Numbered from the stretch's first letter, positions 17,740 to 26,686 are shown. The stretch is 54,191 nt of DNA from Planctomycetota bacterium (GCA_025459285.1 JALOQY010000002.1:1-54191); one strand, 5' to 3'. Translations and numbers: made by a program. Notes: generated by a model not told the origin, from the letters alone.

Positions 17740-20318
17740 AGCTCGAAGGCCTTTCGGCGGAAGCGCAGGCGGACGGCCTCGGCGACGGTGTTGACGACGA
17801 AGGTCATGGCGAACAGCGTGAGCGCGGCGAGGAACAGGGTCCGGTAGTGGGTGCTGTCGCGCACGGCCTCGGGCAGCTCCACCGCCAGGTTCGCGGACAG
17901 CGTCCGGAAACCGTTGAAGACGTTGAGATCGATGATCGGGGTGTTGCCGGCCGCCATCAGCACGATCATGGTCTCGCCGACGGCGCGGCCGAGGCCGATC
18001 ATCACCGCGGAGAAGAGGCCGCTCATGGCCGTGGGCACGATGATCCGGGTCGCGGTCTGCCAGGGGGTCGCACCGGCTCCCAGCGAGGCGGAGCGCAGGT
18101 GCTCGGGCACCGCCGAGAGGGCGTCCTCGGCGATCGTGAAGATGATGGGGATGATGGCGAAACCCATGACGAACCCGACGATGAGGGCGTTGCGCTGCAC
18201 GTAGGTGCCCACGACATCCCCGCGCGGATCGAAGCCAAGGAGGGTCAGGCCGCCGGCGAGGAGGACCGTGAGCAGAATCCCGCCATTCGCGATGGCCACG
18301 AACCGCAGGAGATCGAAGATGGCGCAGGCGGTCCGATCCCAGCCGGAAGTCCAGCGGTCGGTCAGGCGGGCGCCCGCGCGATAGGCGAGCAGGCCGGCGA
18401 CGACCATCCCGAGGGGCAGGAGCATGAAGAGCCATCCCCCGAAGGGGCCGCCGCGCTGGCCGTCGAGCCACATCCGGATGTCGCCGGCGAAGAGCAGGTC
18501 CTCCACCGGCGGTCCGAGGAGCGCGGCCATGGCGATGCCCCACGGCAGGCAGAGACAGATGGCCGGGAAGCGCCATCGACCGAGCCGGAGCGAGAGCCGC
18601 TGCGGGATGAGCTGCCACAAGTAGGCGCCGGAGAGGAAGGCGAAGGGGATGGTGACGAAGGAGACCATCACCGTCGGCACAACACGCTCCACGAAGGGAG
18701 CGATGACGAGCGCGGCAAGGAAGCCGAGGACCACGCTCGGGAGGCTCGCCATGACCTCGATCGTCGGTTTGATGCGGGCCTTCGTGCGGGGGTGGAGGAA
18801 CTCGCTCGCGAAAATGGCGGCGAGGAGCGCGAGGGGGAGTCCGAGCAGCATCGAGTAGAGGGTGGCCTTGAGCGTCCCGAACACGAGGGGGACGAGGCCG
18901 AGCTTGGGCTCGGAGTCGTCGGTGCCCCCCGTGGACTGCCAGACGTGCTGAGGCTCCACGTAGCCCTCGTACCAGACGGGGGCGAAGAGGGCGCTGAGGG
19001 TGATGTCGGGATGGGCGGCGCGGACCGCGAGCACGGCCAGGTGTCCGCCGGCGACGGCCGACACGGCGTCGTCCTTGGGGGCCACGGTGATCGCGACCAC
19101 CGGTGCGCCCGGAACGGCGGTGCTTCCGGCGACGACGCGCGCGGTCGTCAGATGGAGGAAGCGGACCGTCCCGTCCGCATGGCCCGCGGCGAAGAGGCGT
19201 GTGCGCTGCGACGGTGCGATCGAGGACACGGGGCTCCCCGCGGATGGGAACGCGTGCGCCAGGACCATCTCCATGCCGTCCGGCGTCTGGGGTTCCGTGG
19301 AATGGACGGGGAACCAGGCATGGATGCGCCCGAGCGAGTCTCCGAGAAGGAGCGTGGTCCGGCCATTCGCGAAGCGGGCGGCGGTCACCGTGGCCCCGGA
19401 GTCGGAAAGCACCATGACCCGTTCGGCCAGGGCGGGTTTTTCGATGTCCGCGGCGGAGTAGCGCTCCAGGAGGCCATCCCGCCAGAGCGCGTAGACCTGC
19501 GTGCCGCGCTCGGCGAGGAGGAGCCACTCGGGGTGGGGCCGGCCGGGTGTTTCCGTGATCCCGACGGTTCCCCCGAACAGCCGGATCGTGACCTCGCCCG
19601 TCATCAGATTCTTGCGCCGGCGCGCTTCGCGGAGGAGCAGACGTCCGTCGGCGGTCAGGATGGAGACCACCGCGCCGGAGTCCCGCGGGCAGAGGTCGAT
19701 CCGCTCGATCGGCGAAGGCGGCTCGATGGTGACGGGTGGATCGTAGTCGACCGCGAGGGTCTGGAACCGGAACTGGCCCTCCGGGGTCTTCTGGATGGTC
19801 CCTCCGCGATGGACGGCGACGGCGTCGATGGAGAGGCCACGAACCTCCTCGGGGACCTCGGACGGCTCGAGGAAGCGGGTGACGAACCGCGCGCGACCGA
19901 GACGGACGGTGCCGTCGGGGAAACCGAGAACGAGTTCCTCTCCGGCCACGGCCAGCGCGGAGGGTGCGCCGTCGGGCGGCGGGAACTCGGCCAGGCGCTC
20001 GCCGGTGGAGAGCCGCAGAAGGAGGATCACGCCGTCGGGCCGGAGGACGCGGCAGAGGGTAAGGTACTCGTCCACCTCCATATGGACCGGCGCCCGGGCG
20101 TCCGGGGGGAGCGACCGCGTGGCGACGGCCTCGAGTTCGCCCCCGGTGAACAGCGGGAAGACGACCCAGAGCAGGAAGGCCATGATGAGCGTCACGGCGA
20201 AGATCGTGGCGAGGCCGCCCACCGTGATCGTGAGACGCGCCAACCGGTCCACGATCTTCACGGATCGTCTCGTTGCCCGCCGGCGGGTGAGCCCCGTGAA
20301 GCTCCGCGGTTTGCTCAT
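17736..20318 (-). CDS. pstC: phosphate ABC transporter permease PstC, long form with ~480-aa N-terminal periplasmic repeat domain
   Basis: The C-terminal half is a PstC permease (EDALSAVPEHLRSASLGAGATPWQTATRIIVPTAMSGL). The N-terminus has a TM anchor followed by beta-propeller-like repeats (GFPDGTVRLG, LTADGRLLLRE, GHADGTVRFLHL). Confidence 0.85.
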   Translation of the reverse strand: MSKPRSFTGLTRRRATRRSVKIVDRLARLTITVGGLATIFAVTLIMAFLLWVVFPLFTGGELEAVATRSLPPDARAPVHMEVDEYLTLCRVLRPDGVILLLRLSTGERLAEFPPPDGAPSALAVAGEELVLGFPDGTVRLGRARFVTRFLEPSEVPEEVRGLSIDAVAVHRGGTIQKTPEGQFRFQTLAVDYDPPVTIEPPSPIERIDLCPRDSGAVVSILTADGRLLLREARRRKNLMTGEVTIRLFGGTVGITETPGRPHPEWLLLAERGTQVYALWRDGLLERYSAADIEKPALAERVMVLSDSGATVTAARFANGRTTLLLGDSLGRIHAWFPVHSTEPQTPDGMEMVLAHAFPSAGSPVSSIAPSQRTRLFAAGHADGTVRFLHLTTARVVAGSTAVPGAPVVAITVAPKDDAVSAVAGGHLAVLAVRAAHPDITLSALFAPVWYEGYVEPQHVWQSTGGTDDSEPKLGLVPLVFGTLKATLYSMLLGLPLALLAAIFASEFLHPRTKARIKPTIEVMASLPSVVLGFLAALVIAPFVERVVPTVMVSFVTIPFAFLSGAYLWQLIPQRLSLRLGRWRFPAICLCLPWGIAMAALLGPPVEDLLFAGDIRMWLDGQRGGPFGGWLFMLLPLGMVVAGLLAYRAGARLTDRWTSGWDRTACAIFDLLRFVAIANGGILLTVLLAGGLTLLGFDPRGDVVGTYVQRNALIVGFVMGFAIIPIIFTIAEDALSAVPEHLRSASLGAGATPWQTATRIIVPTAMSGLFSAVMIGLGRAVGETMIVLMAAGNTPIIDLNVFNGFRTLSANLAVELPEAVRDSTHYRTLFLAALTLFAMTFVVNTVAEAVRLRFRRKAFEL

Positions 20319-20343
20319 GGACGTGGGTTCCGGGACAGAGAGA

Positions 20344-20373
20344 GCGGGCGTCGGGTCGCAGCCCGACGCCCGC
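20344..20373 (-). terminator. perfect 12-bp stem / 6-nt loop hairpin between pstS and pstC (attenuator or mRNA 3' stabiliser)
   Basis: gcgggcgtcggg-tcgcag-cccgacgcccgc sits 21 nt downstream of the pstS stop in the transcribed direction. Confidence 0.5.
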
Positions 20374-20393
20374 GCGAGGATCGAGGGAAAGGC

Positions 20394-21380
20394 CTACCGG
20401 ACGCCGATGGAGGCGAGGGAGTCCGTGGCGATCTTCGCCGGCAGCGGGAAGAAGCCGTCCTTCACGACGACTTCCTGACCCTGGCGGGAGTAGACGTAAC
20501 GGAGGAACTCCCGGCGCAGCGGGTCCATCTGGCTGCCCGGCTTGTGGTTCACGGTCAGGTACAGGAACCGGGCCAGGGGGTAGTCACCGGTGTAGGCGTG
20601 CTCCACGACGGCCGGCACGTAGTCCTTCGTCGCGCCCGCGGCGAGCGGGACGGCGCGGACGTCGGCGGTGACGTAGCCGATGCCGGAGTAGCCGATGGCG
20701 AACTTGTCGCTCGCCACGCCCTGGACGACGGAGGAGGAACCGGGCTGCTCCTTGACGGAGTCCTTGTAATCCCCCTTGCCGAGGGCGTGCTCCTTGAAGT
20801 AGCCGTAAGTGCCGGAGGCCGCGTTGCGGCCGTACAGGCTGATCGGCTGCGAGGCCCACTCGCCGGTGAGGCCGAGGTCGCCCCACGTCCGGATGTCGCT
20901 GGGATGGCCGAGCTTGCGGGCCTTGCCGAAGATCGCGTCGACCTGCGCCAGGGACAGGCCGGCGATGGGGTTGTCCTTGTGGACGAAGACCGCGAGCATG
21001 TCGATCGCCGTGGGGAGCACGGTGATCTTGTAGCCGTACTTCGCCTCGAACTCGTCATGCTCGGCCTGCTTGACGTCGCGGCTCATGGGACCGAAGGTCG
21101 ACTGGCCGCTGATGAGCGCCGGGGGAGCGGTCGAGGAACCCTTGCCCTCGATCTCCACCTTGACGCTCGGATAGTGGACGCGGTAGCCCTCGGCCCACAG
21201 GGTCATGAGGTTGTTCATCGTGTCGGAGCCGACGCTCTTGATCGTGCCGGACACGCCCTCCACGGGGGCGTAGGCGGGGATCGCGGGGTCGACCGGCACG
21301 TTGCCGGCGGAGGCGCCGACGGCGAGGAGCGCCGCGAGGCCGAAGCCGGCGAGGACGGGGAAGGACCTTCTCATTCGCAT
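20394..21380 (-). CDS. pstS: phosphate ABC transporter substrate-binding protein PstS
   Basis: Signal peptide, GSDTMNNLMTLWAEGY, GKGSSTAPPAL and AIGYSGIGY, matching the PBP-like phosphate-binding family. Confidence 0.9.
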   Translation of the reverse strand: MRMRRSFPVLAGFGLAALLAVGASAGNVPVDPAIPAYAPVEGVSGTIKSVGSDTMNNLMTLWAEGYRVHYPSVKVEIEGKGSSTAPPALISGQSTFGPMSRDVKQAEHDEFEAKYGYKITVLPTAIDMLAVFVHKDNPIAGLSLAQVDAIFGKARKLGHPSDIRTWGDLGLTGEWASQPISLYGRNAASGTYGYFKEHALGKGDYKDSVKEQPGSSSVVQGVASDKFAIGYSGIGYVTADVRAVPLAAGATKDYVPAVVEHAYTGDYPLARFLYLTVNHKPGSQMDPLRREFLRYVYSRQGQEVVVKDGFFPLPAKIATDSLASIGVR

Positions 21381-21399
21381 CTCGTTTCTCCTTGTTCGC

Positions 21400-21424
21400 G
21401 CACCCCGACGGCCGCCGGGGGTGC
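21400..21424 (-). terminator. stem-loop between the porin gene and pstS
   Basis: gcacccc-(11 nt)-ggggtgc, followed on the minus strand by the RBS aaggagaaa and the pstS ATG. Confidence 0.35.
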
Positions 21425-21446
21425 GGGGGTGTGTCGGTGTGGGTTC

Positions 21447-22868
21447 CTAGAAGTCGAACTGGAAGCGCATCTCGAAGACGTCGAGGTTGCCGACGTCGTC
21501 GATGTCGGAGAGGACGTAGTTGAACATGATGCGCATGTGCGGATTCAGGTAGTAGTTGAGGCCGAGGGTCCAGTTGGTGGCCTTGCCGCCCTCGACGAGG
21601 GCGTCGTCGAGGTCGATGTTCGAGAGACGGGCGGCCAGTTCGACCGCGCCGGGGCCGCCGGCATCGGGGTCGTTCAGGTTACCCTTGACCTTGACCCGGT
21701 CGAAAGCGCCCGACTTGTAGGCGCGCGTCTCGCCGGTCAGGAAGTAGCTCGCGAGGATGTACCAGCCGTCGAACCGCGGGTCGTCAAAGTCCTCGGAGTC
21801 GAGGTCCATCGTCAGGTACTCGGCCTGGAGGGAGAAGGGGCCGGCGACGAAGGCTGCTTCGAGGCCCAGGATCATGGCCTTGTCGGCAGTGATGTCGCCC
21901 GTGTCCACCACGGAGAGGCTCGTGCGCGCTTCGGGGGTCGACTTGATGCGCCACTTGTCGTCGGCCGCGTGGCGGAAACTGCCGGAGATCCCGAGGTGGA
22001 GGAACATGCTGCCGTCCTCGGACTTGTAGGGGGTGCCGCTGATGCGGGCGGTGATCGAGGGGTCGGTCCGCCCGTTCGCCTGGTCGTCCGTGGTGGCGAA
22101 GACGCCGCCGGCCCACTGGAGACGGTCCTCGAACGCCTTGTCATGGAGCATGAGACCCACGTTGCGGCTCGGGGTGAAGGCCCCGATGGGCATCGCGCGC
22201 TCCATGAAGGTGATGTAGCGGCTGGAGGTCAGCTCCTCGAGACCCATCGGCTCCTTGAAGTGACCGACGCGAACGGCGCCGACGACCGGTATGCCCTTCT
22301 GCTCCATGTAGACGTCCTTCAGGGCCGTCTTGGAGCCGGCGAAGTCGATCTCCACTTTGGCGTAGGAGTTCGTGTAGAAGGTCGTGTCGAAGCCGAGGCG
22401 CGCGGTTCGGGTCTTCACCTCGTTGTAGAACTGCGTGTCGTACTTGATCACGTCCTTGGCGCTCGGACCCGGGGTGGGCGCGGACAGCTCGTCCCAGTCC
22501 TCGTCGTAGATGGCCATGTCGAAGTAGACGCGGCCGAAGACGGAGGCCTTGAACTTCCCGTCGGCGGTCTCGAACTTGAGGCCGTTCTTCCAGAACGCCC
22601 GCATCGTGTTCGGCTGCTGCCAGAAGTTCGCGTCTTCCGTCTTGCTCAGGAAGCGGTCGAGCTCCGACTCGAGGGAGTCGCTCGCCTGCTGCTGGACCGC
22701 GAGCCCTTCACGGAGGCTCTCGATCTCCTCCTGCTGCCGGCGGACGAGTTCCTCGAGGTTGCGGATCCGCTCGTCCACGGATCCATCGGCCTCCGCGCCC
22801 GACGCCGACACGAGAAGCATGGCGGCAAGCGCGACGGTGGTGATCACCACCTTCACCGGACTGTGCAC
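21447..22868 (-). CDS. phosphate-selective porin O/P family outer-membrane protein
   Basis: Signal peptide and an N-terminal coiled coil (RIRNLEELVRRQQEEIESLRE). Beta-barrel body ending in the aromatic residue F (EMRFQFDF). Its position inside the pst cluster supports the call. The start is set at GTG 22868, which is preceded by AAGGAG at 6-nt spacing. The ORF-track start at 22895 is a TTG. Confidence 0.8.
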   Translation of the reverse strand: MHSPVKVVITTVALAAMLLVSASGAEADGSVDERIRNLEELVRRQQEEIESLREGLAVQQQASDSLESELDRFLSKTEDANFWQQPNTMRAFWKNGLKFETADGKFKASVFGRVYFDMAIYDEDWDELSAPTPGPSAKDVIKYDTQFYNEVKTRTARLGFDTTFYTNSYAKVEIDFAGSKTALKDVYMEQKGIPVVGAVRVGHFKEPMGLEELTSSRYITFMERAMPIGAFTPSRNVGLMLHDKAFEDRLQWAGGVFATTDDQANGRTDPSITARISGTPYKSEDGSMFLHLGISGSFRHAADDKWRIKSTPEARTSLSVVDTGDITADKAMILGLEAAFVAGPFSLQAEYLTMDLDSEDFDDPRFDGWYILASYFLTGETRAYKSGAFDRVKVKGNLNDPDAGGPGAVELAARLSNIDLDDALVEGGKATNWTLGLNYYLNPHMRIMFNYVLSDIDDVGNLDVFEMRFQFDF

Positions 22869-22940
22869 TGGGGTCTCCTTTCGAAGAGGGAACAATTGCC
22901 CTATGGGGACGGAATGCTAGGAAACGAGTGTGAAGAAGGG

Positions 22941-24725
22941 TTAAACGGCGGGTGAAGTGTGGCGGGGGAGGGTGATGCGGAAGGCGCTTCCGGCCCCGGG
23001 GCGGCTCGTGACCGAGACTTCGCCGCCGTGCGACTCGGCGATGTGCTTCACGATGGACAACCCGAGGCCGGTGCCGCCCAGTTCCCGCGAGCGCGCCTTG
23101 TCCACGCGGTAGAAGCGCTCGAAGATCCGGTCGAGGTGCTCGGGTTCGATGCCGATGCCGGTGTCCTCCACCTCGATCATCACTCTGTCGCCCTGGTTCG
23201 CGCAGCGGAGGGCGACGTTGCCGCCCGGCGGCGTGTACTTCATGGCGTTGTCGAGCAGGTTGTCCACCGCCTGCCGCAGGGCCTCCGGGTCGCCGACGAC
23301 ATTCGCGGGCTCGGCCGGCAGGTCGCCGGAGAACGACAGTCCGCGCTCGAGGCAGTCCGCCGAAAACCGCCGGATGCAGTCCGTGAGCGGTCCGCGGAGA
23401 TCCAGTTCGGCGCGTACCACGGCGCCTTCGCCGGACTCCACGCGGGACAGCGTCAGGAGGTCGGTGACCAGGGCGGAGAGCCGGAGAGTCTGGTCGTGAA
23501 TCCGGCCGAGGAAGCGCCGCGAGGTCTCCGCGTCGATTTCGCCGTCCTTCGCCTCCAGCATCGTCTCGGCGTAGCCGCGGATCGCGGTGAGGGGCGTCTT
23601 GAGTTCGTGGGAGACGTTCGCGACGAAATCGCGGCGCACCGTCTCCAGGCGGCGCAGTCGGCTCACGTCGTGGAGCACGAGAACCGCGCCGGCCACGCGC
23701 CCCTCGGCATCGCGGAAGGGCGCGGCGTGGAGTTCCAGGACGCGCTCGCGGAGCGGCTTCGGGAGCCGCACCTCGCGGGAGGACTCGGCCCGCCCGGCGA
23801 GAACCTCGGCCAGGGCGCCGCTGACGGGTTCGACGCGGGTGATCTCCCAGATGCGCTGGCCGAGCGCGGCTTCAGGCCGCACCCCGAGGAAGAGGCCGGC
23901 CGGTCCGTTCATGTGGACGACGCGCTCCTCGCGATCCACCGCCACGAGGCCTTCCAGCATACCGGAGAGCACGCCATACAGACGGTTGCGCTCCTCCGTG
24001 AGGGCGAAGAGGCGCTCGCGGAGCTGACCCGACATCCGGCCGACGGCCACGGCGAGCTTCCCGACCTCGTCGGTGCCGTGGTGGGGGATGGGCGTCTCGT
24101 AGTCGCCGGCCGCGACGGCTTCGGCGGCGGTGGTCATCTTGGCGAGGGGCCGGGCGATGGCCCGGAAGAGGAGGCCGCCGAGTACGAGCGAGAGGACGGC
24201 GGCGGCGGACAGGGCGAGCACGAGGTTCTTCCCGAGGTCCGCGAGGCGGGCCTTCACGAAGGTGAGGGGCAGTGCCACTCGCGCGGTCCCGCCGCCACCG
24301 GGGACGGGAATCGCCGCGTACATCATGTCCAGCCGGACGGTGCGGCTGAACCTCGTCACGAATGCCGGCCCGCCGGTTTCCGCCGCGGTTCGCACCTCCG
24401 GACGCTGAGCGTGGTTCTCCATTTCATCCGGCGGTTCCGCGGAATCGGCGAGGACCGAGCCGTCCGCGGCGATGACCGTGAAGCGGGCGCCCGTCCGGGC
24501 GCCGATGTCGTTGACGATCGAGCGCAGAGCGGCCGGCGCGAGGGGCGGTTCCTCCGTCATGAGGCGCTCGAGAATCCGTGCGCTGGCGACGAGGTTCGCG
24601 CGCAACTGGGAGAGGGCCGTCTCCCTCACCCGCCGCGCGCCGAGGACCCAGACCGTGGCGGCGGTGAGGAGAAGCACCGCGGCGAAGCCCGCGTACAGCT
24701 TCCAGAAGAGCCGGGAGCGGAGCAT
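22941..24725 (-). CDS. phoR: phosphate regulon sensor histidine kinase PhoR
   Basis: Two TM segments, HAMP and PAS. H-box SHELKTPLTAIRGYAETM, N-box DNLLDNAMKYT and G-box GGTGLGLSIVKHI. Adjacent to phoB. Confidence 0.9.
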   Translation of the reverse strand: MLRSRLFWKLYAGFAAVLLLTAATVWVLGARRVRETALSQLRANLVASARILERLMTEEPPLAPAALRSIVNDIGARTGARFTVIAADGSVLADSAEPPDEMENHAQRPEVRTAAETGGPAFVTRFSRTVRLDMMYAAIPVPGGGGTARVALPLTFVKARLADLGKNLVLALSAAAVLSLVLGGLLFRAIARPLAKMTTAAEAVAAGDYETPIPHHGTDEVGKLAVAVGRMSGQLRERLFALTEERNRLYGVLSGMLEGLVAVDREERVVHMNGPAGLFLGVRPEAALGQRIWEITRVEPVSGALAEVLAGRAESSREVRLPKPLRERVLELHAAPFRDAEGRVAGAVLVLHDVSRLRRLETVRRDFVANVSHELKTPLTAIRGYAETMLEAKDGEIDAETSRRFLGRIHDQTLRLSALVTDLLTLSRVESGEGAVVRAELDLRGPLTDCIRRFSADCLERGLSFSGDLPAEPANVVGDPEALRQAVDNLLDNAMKYTPPGGNVALRCANQGDRVMIEVEDTGIGIEPEHLDRIFERFYRVDKARSRELGGTGLGLSIVKHIAESHGGEVSVTSRPGAGSAFRITLPRHTSPAV

Positions 24726-25429
24726 CAGGCCTCGACGTCCTTGAACCGGTAACCCACGCCCCGAACCGTTTCGATGAGGTCCCGGTAATCCCCGAGCTTG
24801 CGGCGGATCGAACCGACGTGGACGTCGATGTTGCGGTCCACGACGACCGCGTGTTCCCCGATCACGCGGGAGAGGAGGTGGTCCCGGGTGAAGACCCGCC
24901 CGGGATGTCCGGCGAGGAAGTGGAGGAGGCGCATCTCGGTGGCCGTGAGGGTGACCGGCTGGCCGTCCACCTTCAGCTCGTGGCGGGCCACATCGATCAA
25001 CAGCCCCTCGCGGGCGATCCGCTCCGGACCGGTCTTGCCTTCCCGGATGGGACCGCGGCGCAGCACGGCCTTCACCCGGGCCACGAGCTCGCGCGGGCTG
25101 AAGGGCTTCACGATGTAGTCGTCGGCGCCGAGACCGAGGCCGAGCACCACATCGCTTTCCTCGCCCTTCGCGGTGACCATGACGATGGGGATGTCGCGGG
25201 TGACCTCGTCGGCCCGGAGGCGGCGGCAGACCTCGAGTCCGTCGATGCCGGGCAGCATGAGGTCGAGGAGCACGATGTCGGGATTGTCACGGCGGATCCG
25301 GCGCAGGGCCTCGTCGCCGTCCTTCACCGGTACGGCTCTGAATCCCTCCCGTTCGAGGTTGAACCGCATGACCTCGAGAATATCGGCCTCGTCCTCGACC
25401 ACGACGGCAATCGGTCGCCTGGCGCTCAT
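24725..25429 (-). CDS. phoB: phosphate regulon response regulator PhoB (OmpR family)
   Basis: Receiver domain (VVVEDEADI, DIVLLDLMLPGIDG, TAKG) plus a winged helix (VFTRDHLLSRV, VDVHVGSIRRKLG, VRGVGYRF). The start is the internal ATG MSARRP at 25429. The stop overlaps the phoR ATG by 1 nt. Confidence 0.9.
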   Translation of the reverse strand: MSARRPIAVVVEDEADILEVMRFNLEREGFRAVPVKDGDEALRRIRRDNPDIVLLDLMLPGIDGLEVCRRLRADEVTRDIPIVMVTAKGEESDVVLGLGLGADDYIVKPFSPRELVARVKAVLRRGPIREGKTGPERIAREGLLIDVARHELKVDGQPVTLTATEMRLLHFLAGHPGRVFTRDHLLSRVIGEHAVVVDRNIDVHVGSIRRKLGDYRDLIETVRGVGYRFKDVEA

Positions 25430-25500
25430 GGAGCCCTCCCGTGAATCACAACCGGATACCATCCCGAGATCAAGCCTGCGTGAAGGGTGGGTCAATCCTG

Positions 25501-25561
25501 GCAGCCCGTCGGGGCAGAAGGTCGCAGCGCAGAGACCGTCCCTGGCCCCGACGGGCTGCTA
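25501..25561. repeat. palindromic repeat family, best copy (15-bp arms, 29-nt core)
   Basis: gcagcccgtcggggc-(29 nt)-gccccgacgggctgc. The right arm runs into the TAG stop (25559-25561, minus strand) of the toroid gene. It lies between that operon and the phoB promoter region. Confidence 0.85.
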
Positions 25562-26686
25562 GCGGATGAACGCGAGGAGAGCGGTGACGGCGTAGGCCGT
25601 CCCGTAGACCTTGTGGTAGCCGTAGAGCTGATAATCCCAGAAGGAGCCGTCGGGATGACGGGTGTAGAGCACTTCCTCGATGAGCGCATCGCGCAGGGCC
25701 GGCGAAACCGGGCCGGGAAGGCGCTTCAGGACCTCGCCGGCGTAGTGGTAGCCGAAGAGGTAGAAGTAGCCGGACACCGCGAACCAGCTCTCGTGGGGGA
25801 CGGGGCGGTGGTAGGCCATGCGGGCGAAGGGAGCTTTCGCGGCGAGGTTCTCGACGCCGGCGAGCATGGCCTCCCGGCTGACGCCGCCGTCGAAGAGATG
25901 GAGGGCCAGGTCGCAGGCGGGAGTCCGGGTGAGGGAACCGGGCCTCCGGTTGATGCCGGAAGCGGGGTGCATGCGCCAGTCGTAGCTGTAGACGTACATG
26001 CCCTCCCGGGTCCGGCAGCGGGCCAGGGAGCGGACGCCGCGCGCGATCACGGGAGCGGGGACCGTGAGGCCGGCGGCGCGCGCCTCGTGGAGGGCGATCA
26101 GGATGGCGGCCGACGTGAACGTCATGGAGTCGCCGGACGGCCGAGCCGTCTGGGCATTGAAGTCGTAGTAGGTCCAGCCTCCGTCGAGAGTCTGATAGCG
26201 GACGATGGACTCGATCATGCGGGCCGCCGCGGCTCTTGCCGCGCCCGGATCGAAGTCGGACGGAGGGGCTGATAAGCAGCGGCTGATAGCCTGGAGGCCG
26301 TAGGCGAGAGCCCACACCGCATACAGCTCCTCACCGTCGGCCCGCCGGGCCCGCCCGTGCTTCACGACCCAGTCCGCGGCCCGGGAGCGGGCGGCGAGCA
26401 ACGCGGGATCCTCACCCGGGGCGGCGAGGAGGGCCATGAGCGCGAGCGACGTGCTCGCGGCGTGGAAGGCCCGCGTCCCCCCGGGCACGGCGGCCCGGAT
26501 CTTGTAGGGACTCCCCTGGGCGTGGGAGCCGAAGGAGCCGTCGGAGTTCTGGATCGACAGGAGGTAGCGGATCCCGGCTTCGGCGGCGGCTCGCGCGCGG
26601 TCCGGTGCGGGTTCGACGGGAGCGGCGGAAGGAGCACCCCACGCCAGCGCGGCGAGGACAGGCAGGAGGAGTGGTGCGGACCTCAC
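25559..26686 (-). CDS. secreted alpha/alpha-toroid protein (prenyltransferase / squalene-cyclase-repeat-like)
   Basis: The GTG at 26686 overlaps the upstream stop (GTGA). Signal peptide LLLPVLAALAWGAPSA. Repeats of the LLSIQNSDGSFG, RYQTLDGGWTYY and RHPDGSFWDY type. Confidence 0.7.
   Translation of the reverse strand: MRSAPLLLPVLAALAWGAPSAAPVEPAPDRARAAAEAGIRYLLSIQNSDGSFGSHAQGSPYKIRAAVPGGTRAFHAASTSLALMALLAAPGEDPALLAARSRAADWVVKHGRARRADGEELYAVWALAYGLQAISRCLSAPPSDFDPGAARAAAARMIESIVRYQTLDGGWTYYDFNAQTARPSGDSMTFTSAAILIALHEARAAGLTVPAPVIARGVRSLARCRTREGMYVYSYDWRMHPASGINRRPGSLTRTPACDLALHLFDGGVSREAMLAGVENLAAKAPFARMAYHRPVPHESWFAVSGYFYLFGYHYAGEVLKRLPGPVSPALRDALIEEVLYTRHPDGSFWDYQLYGYHKVYGTAYAVTALLAFIR

Noticed and set aside
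16057-19527. Long N-terminal extensions of ORF-track entries: 16057..19527, 8096..9730, 25559..27658, 26683..29043, 4299..6320, 5747..7762, 50485..52674, 38071..41769
   Set aside because: The upstream portions overlap the preceding, well-supported gene in another frame and are Arg/Pro-rich. Recognisable homology, signal peptides and GTGA/ATGA overlaps or RBS motifs all point to internal starts. I therefore trimmed the genes.
22869-22940. Canonical Pho boxes upstream of the porin/pst genes and phoB
   Set aside because: No CTGTCAT-N4-CTGTCAT-like direct repeats were found by eye. Only a weak shared CTTCAC(G/A)C element is present, and its spacing relative to candidate -10 hexamers is inconsistent. 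I did not annotate it as a feature.
17724-22955. 1743-aa ORF on the plus strand
   Set aside because: It is entirely antisense to pstC, pstS and the porin, all of which carry clear family motifs. Its translation is low-complexity and G/D/E/R/H-rich with no motif. This is a typical shadow ORF of a very GC-rich genome.
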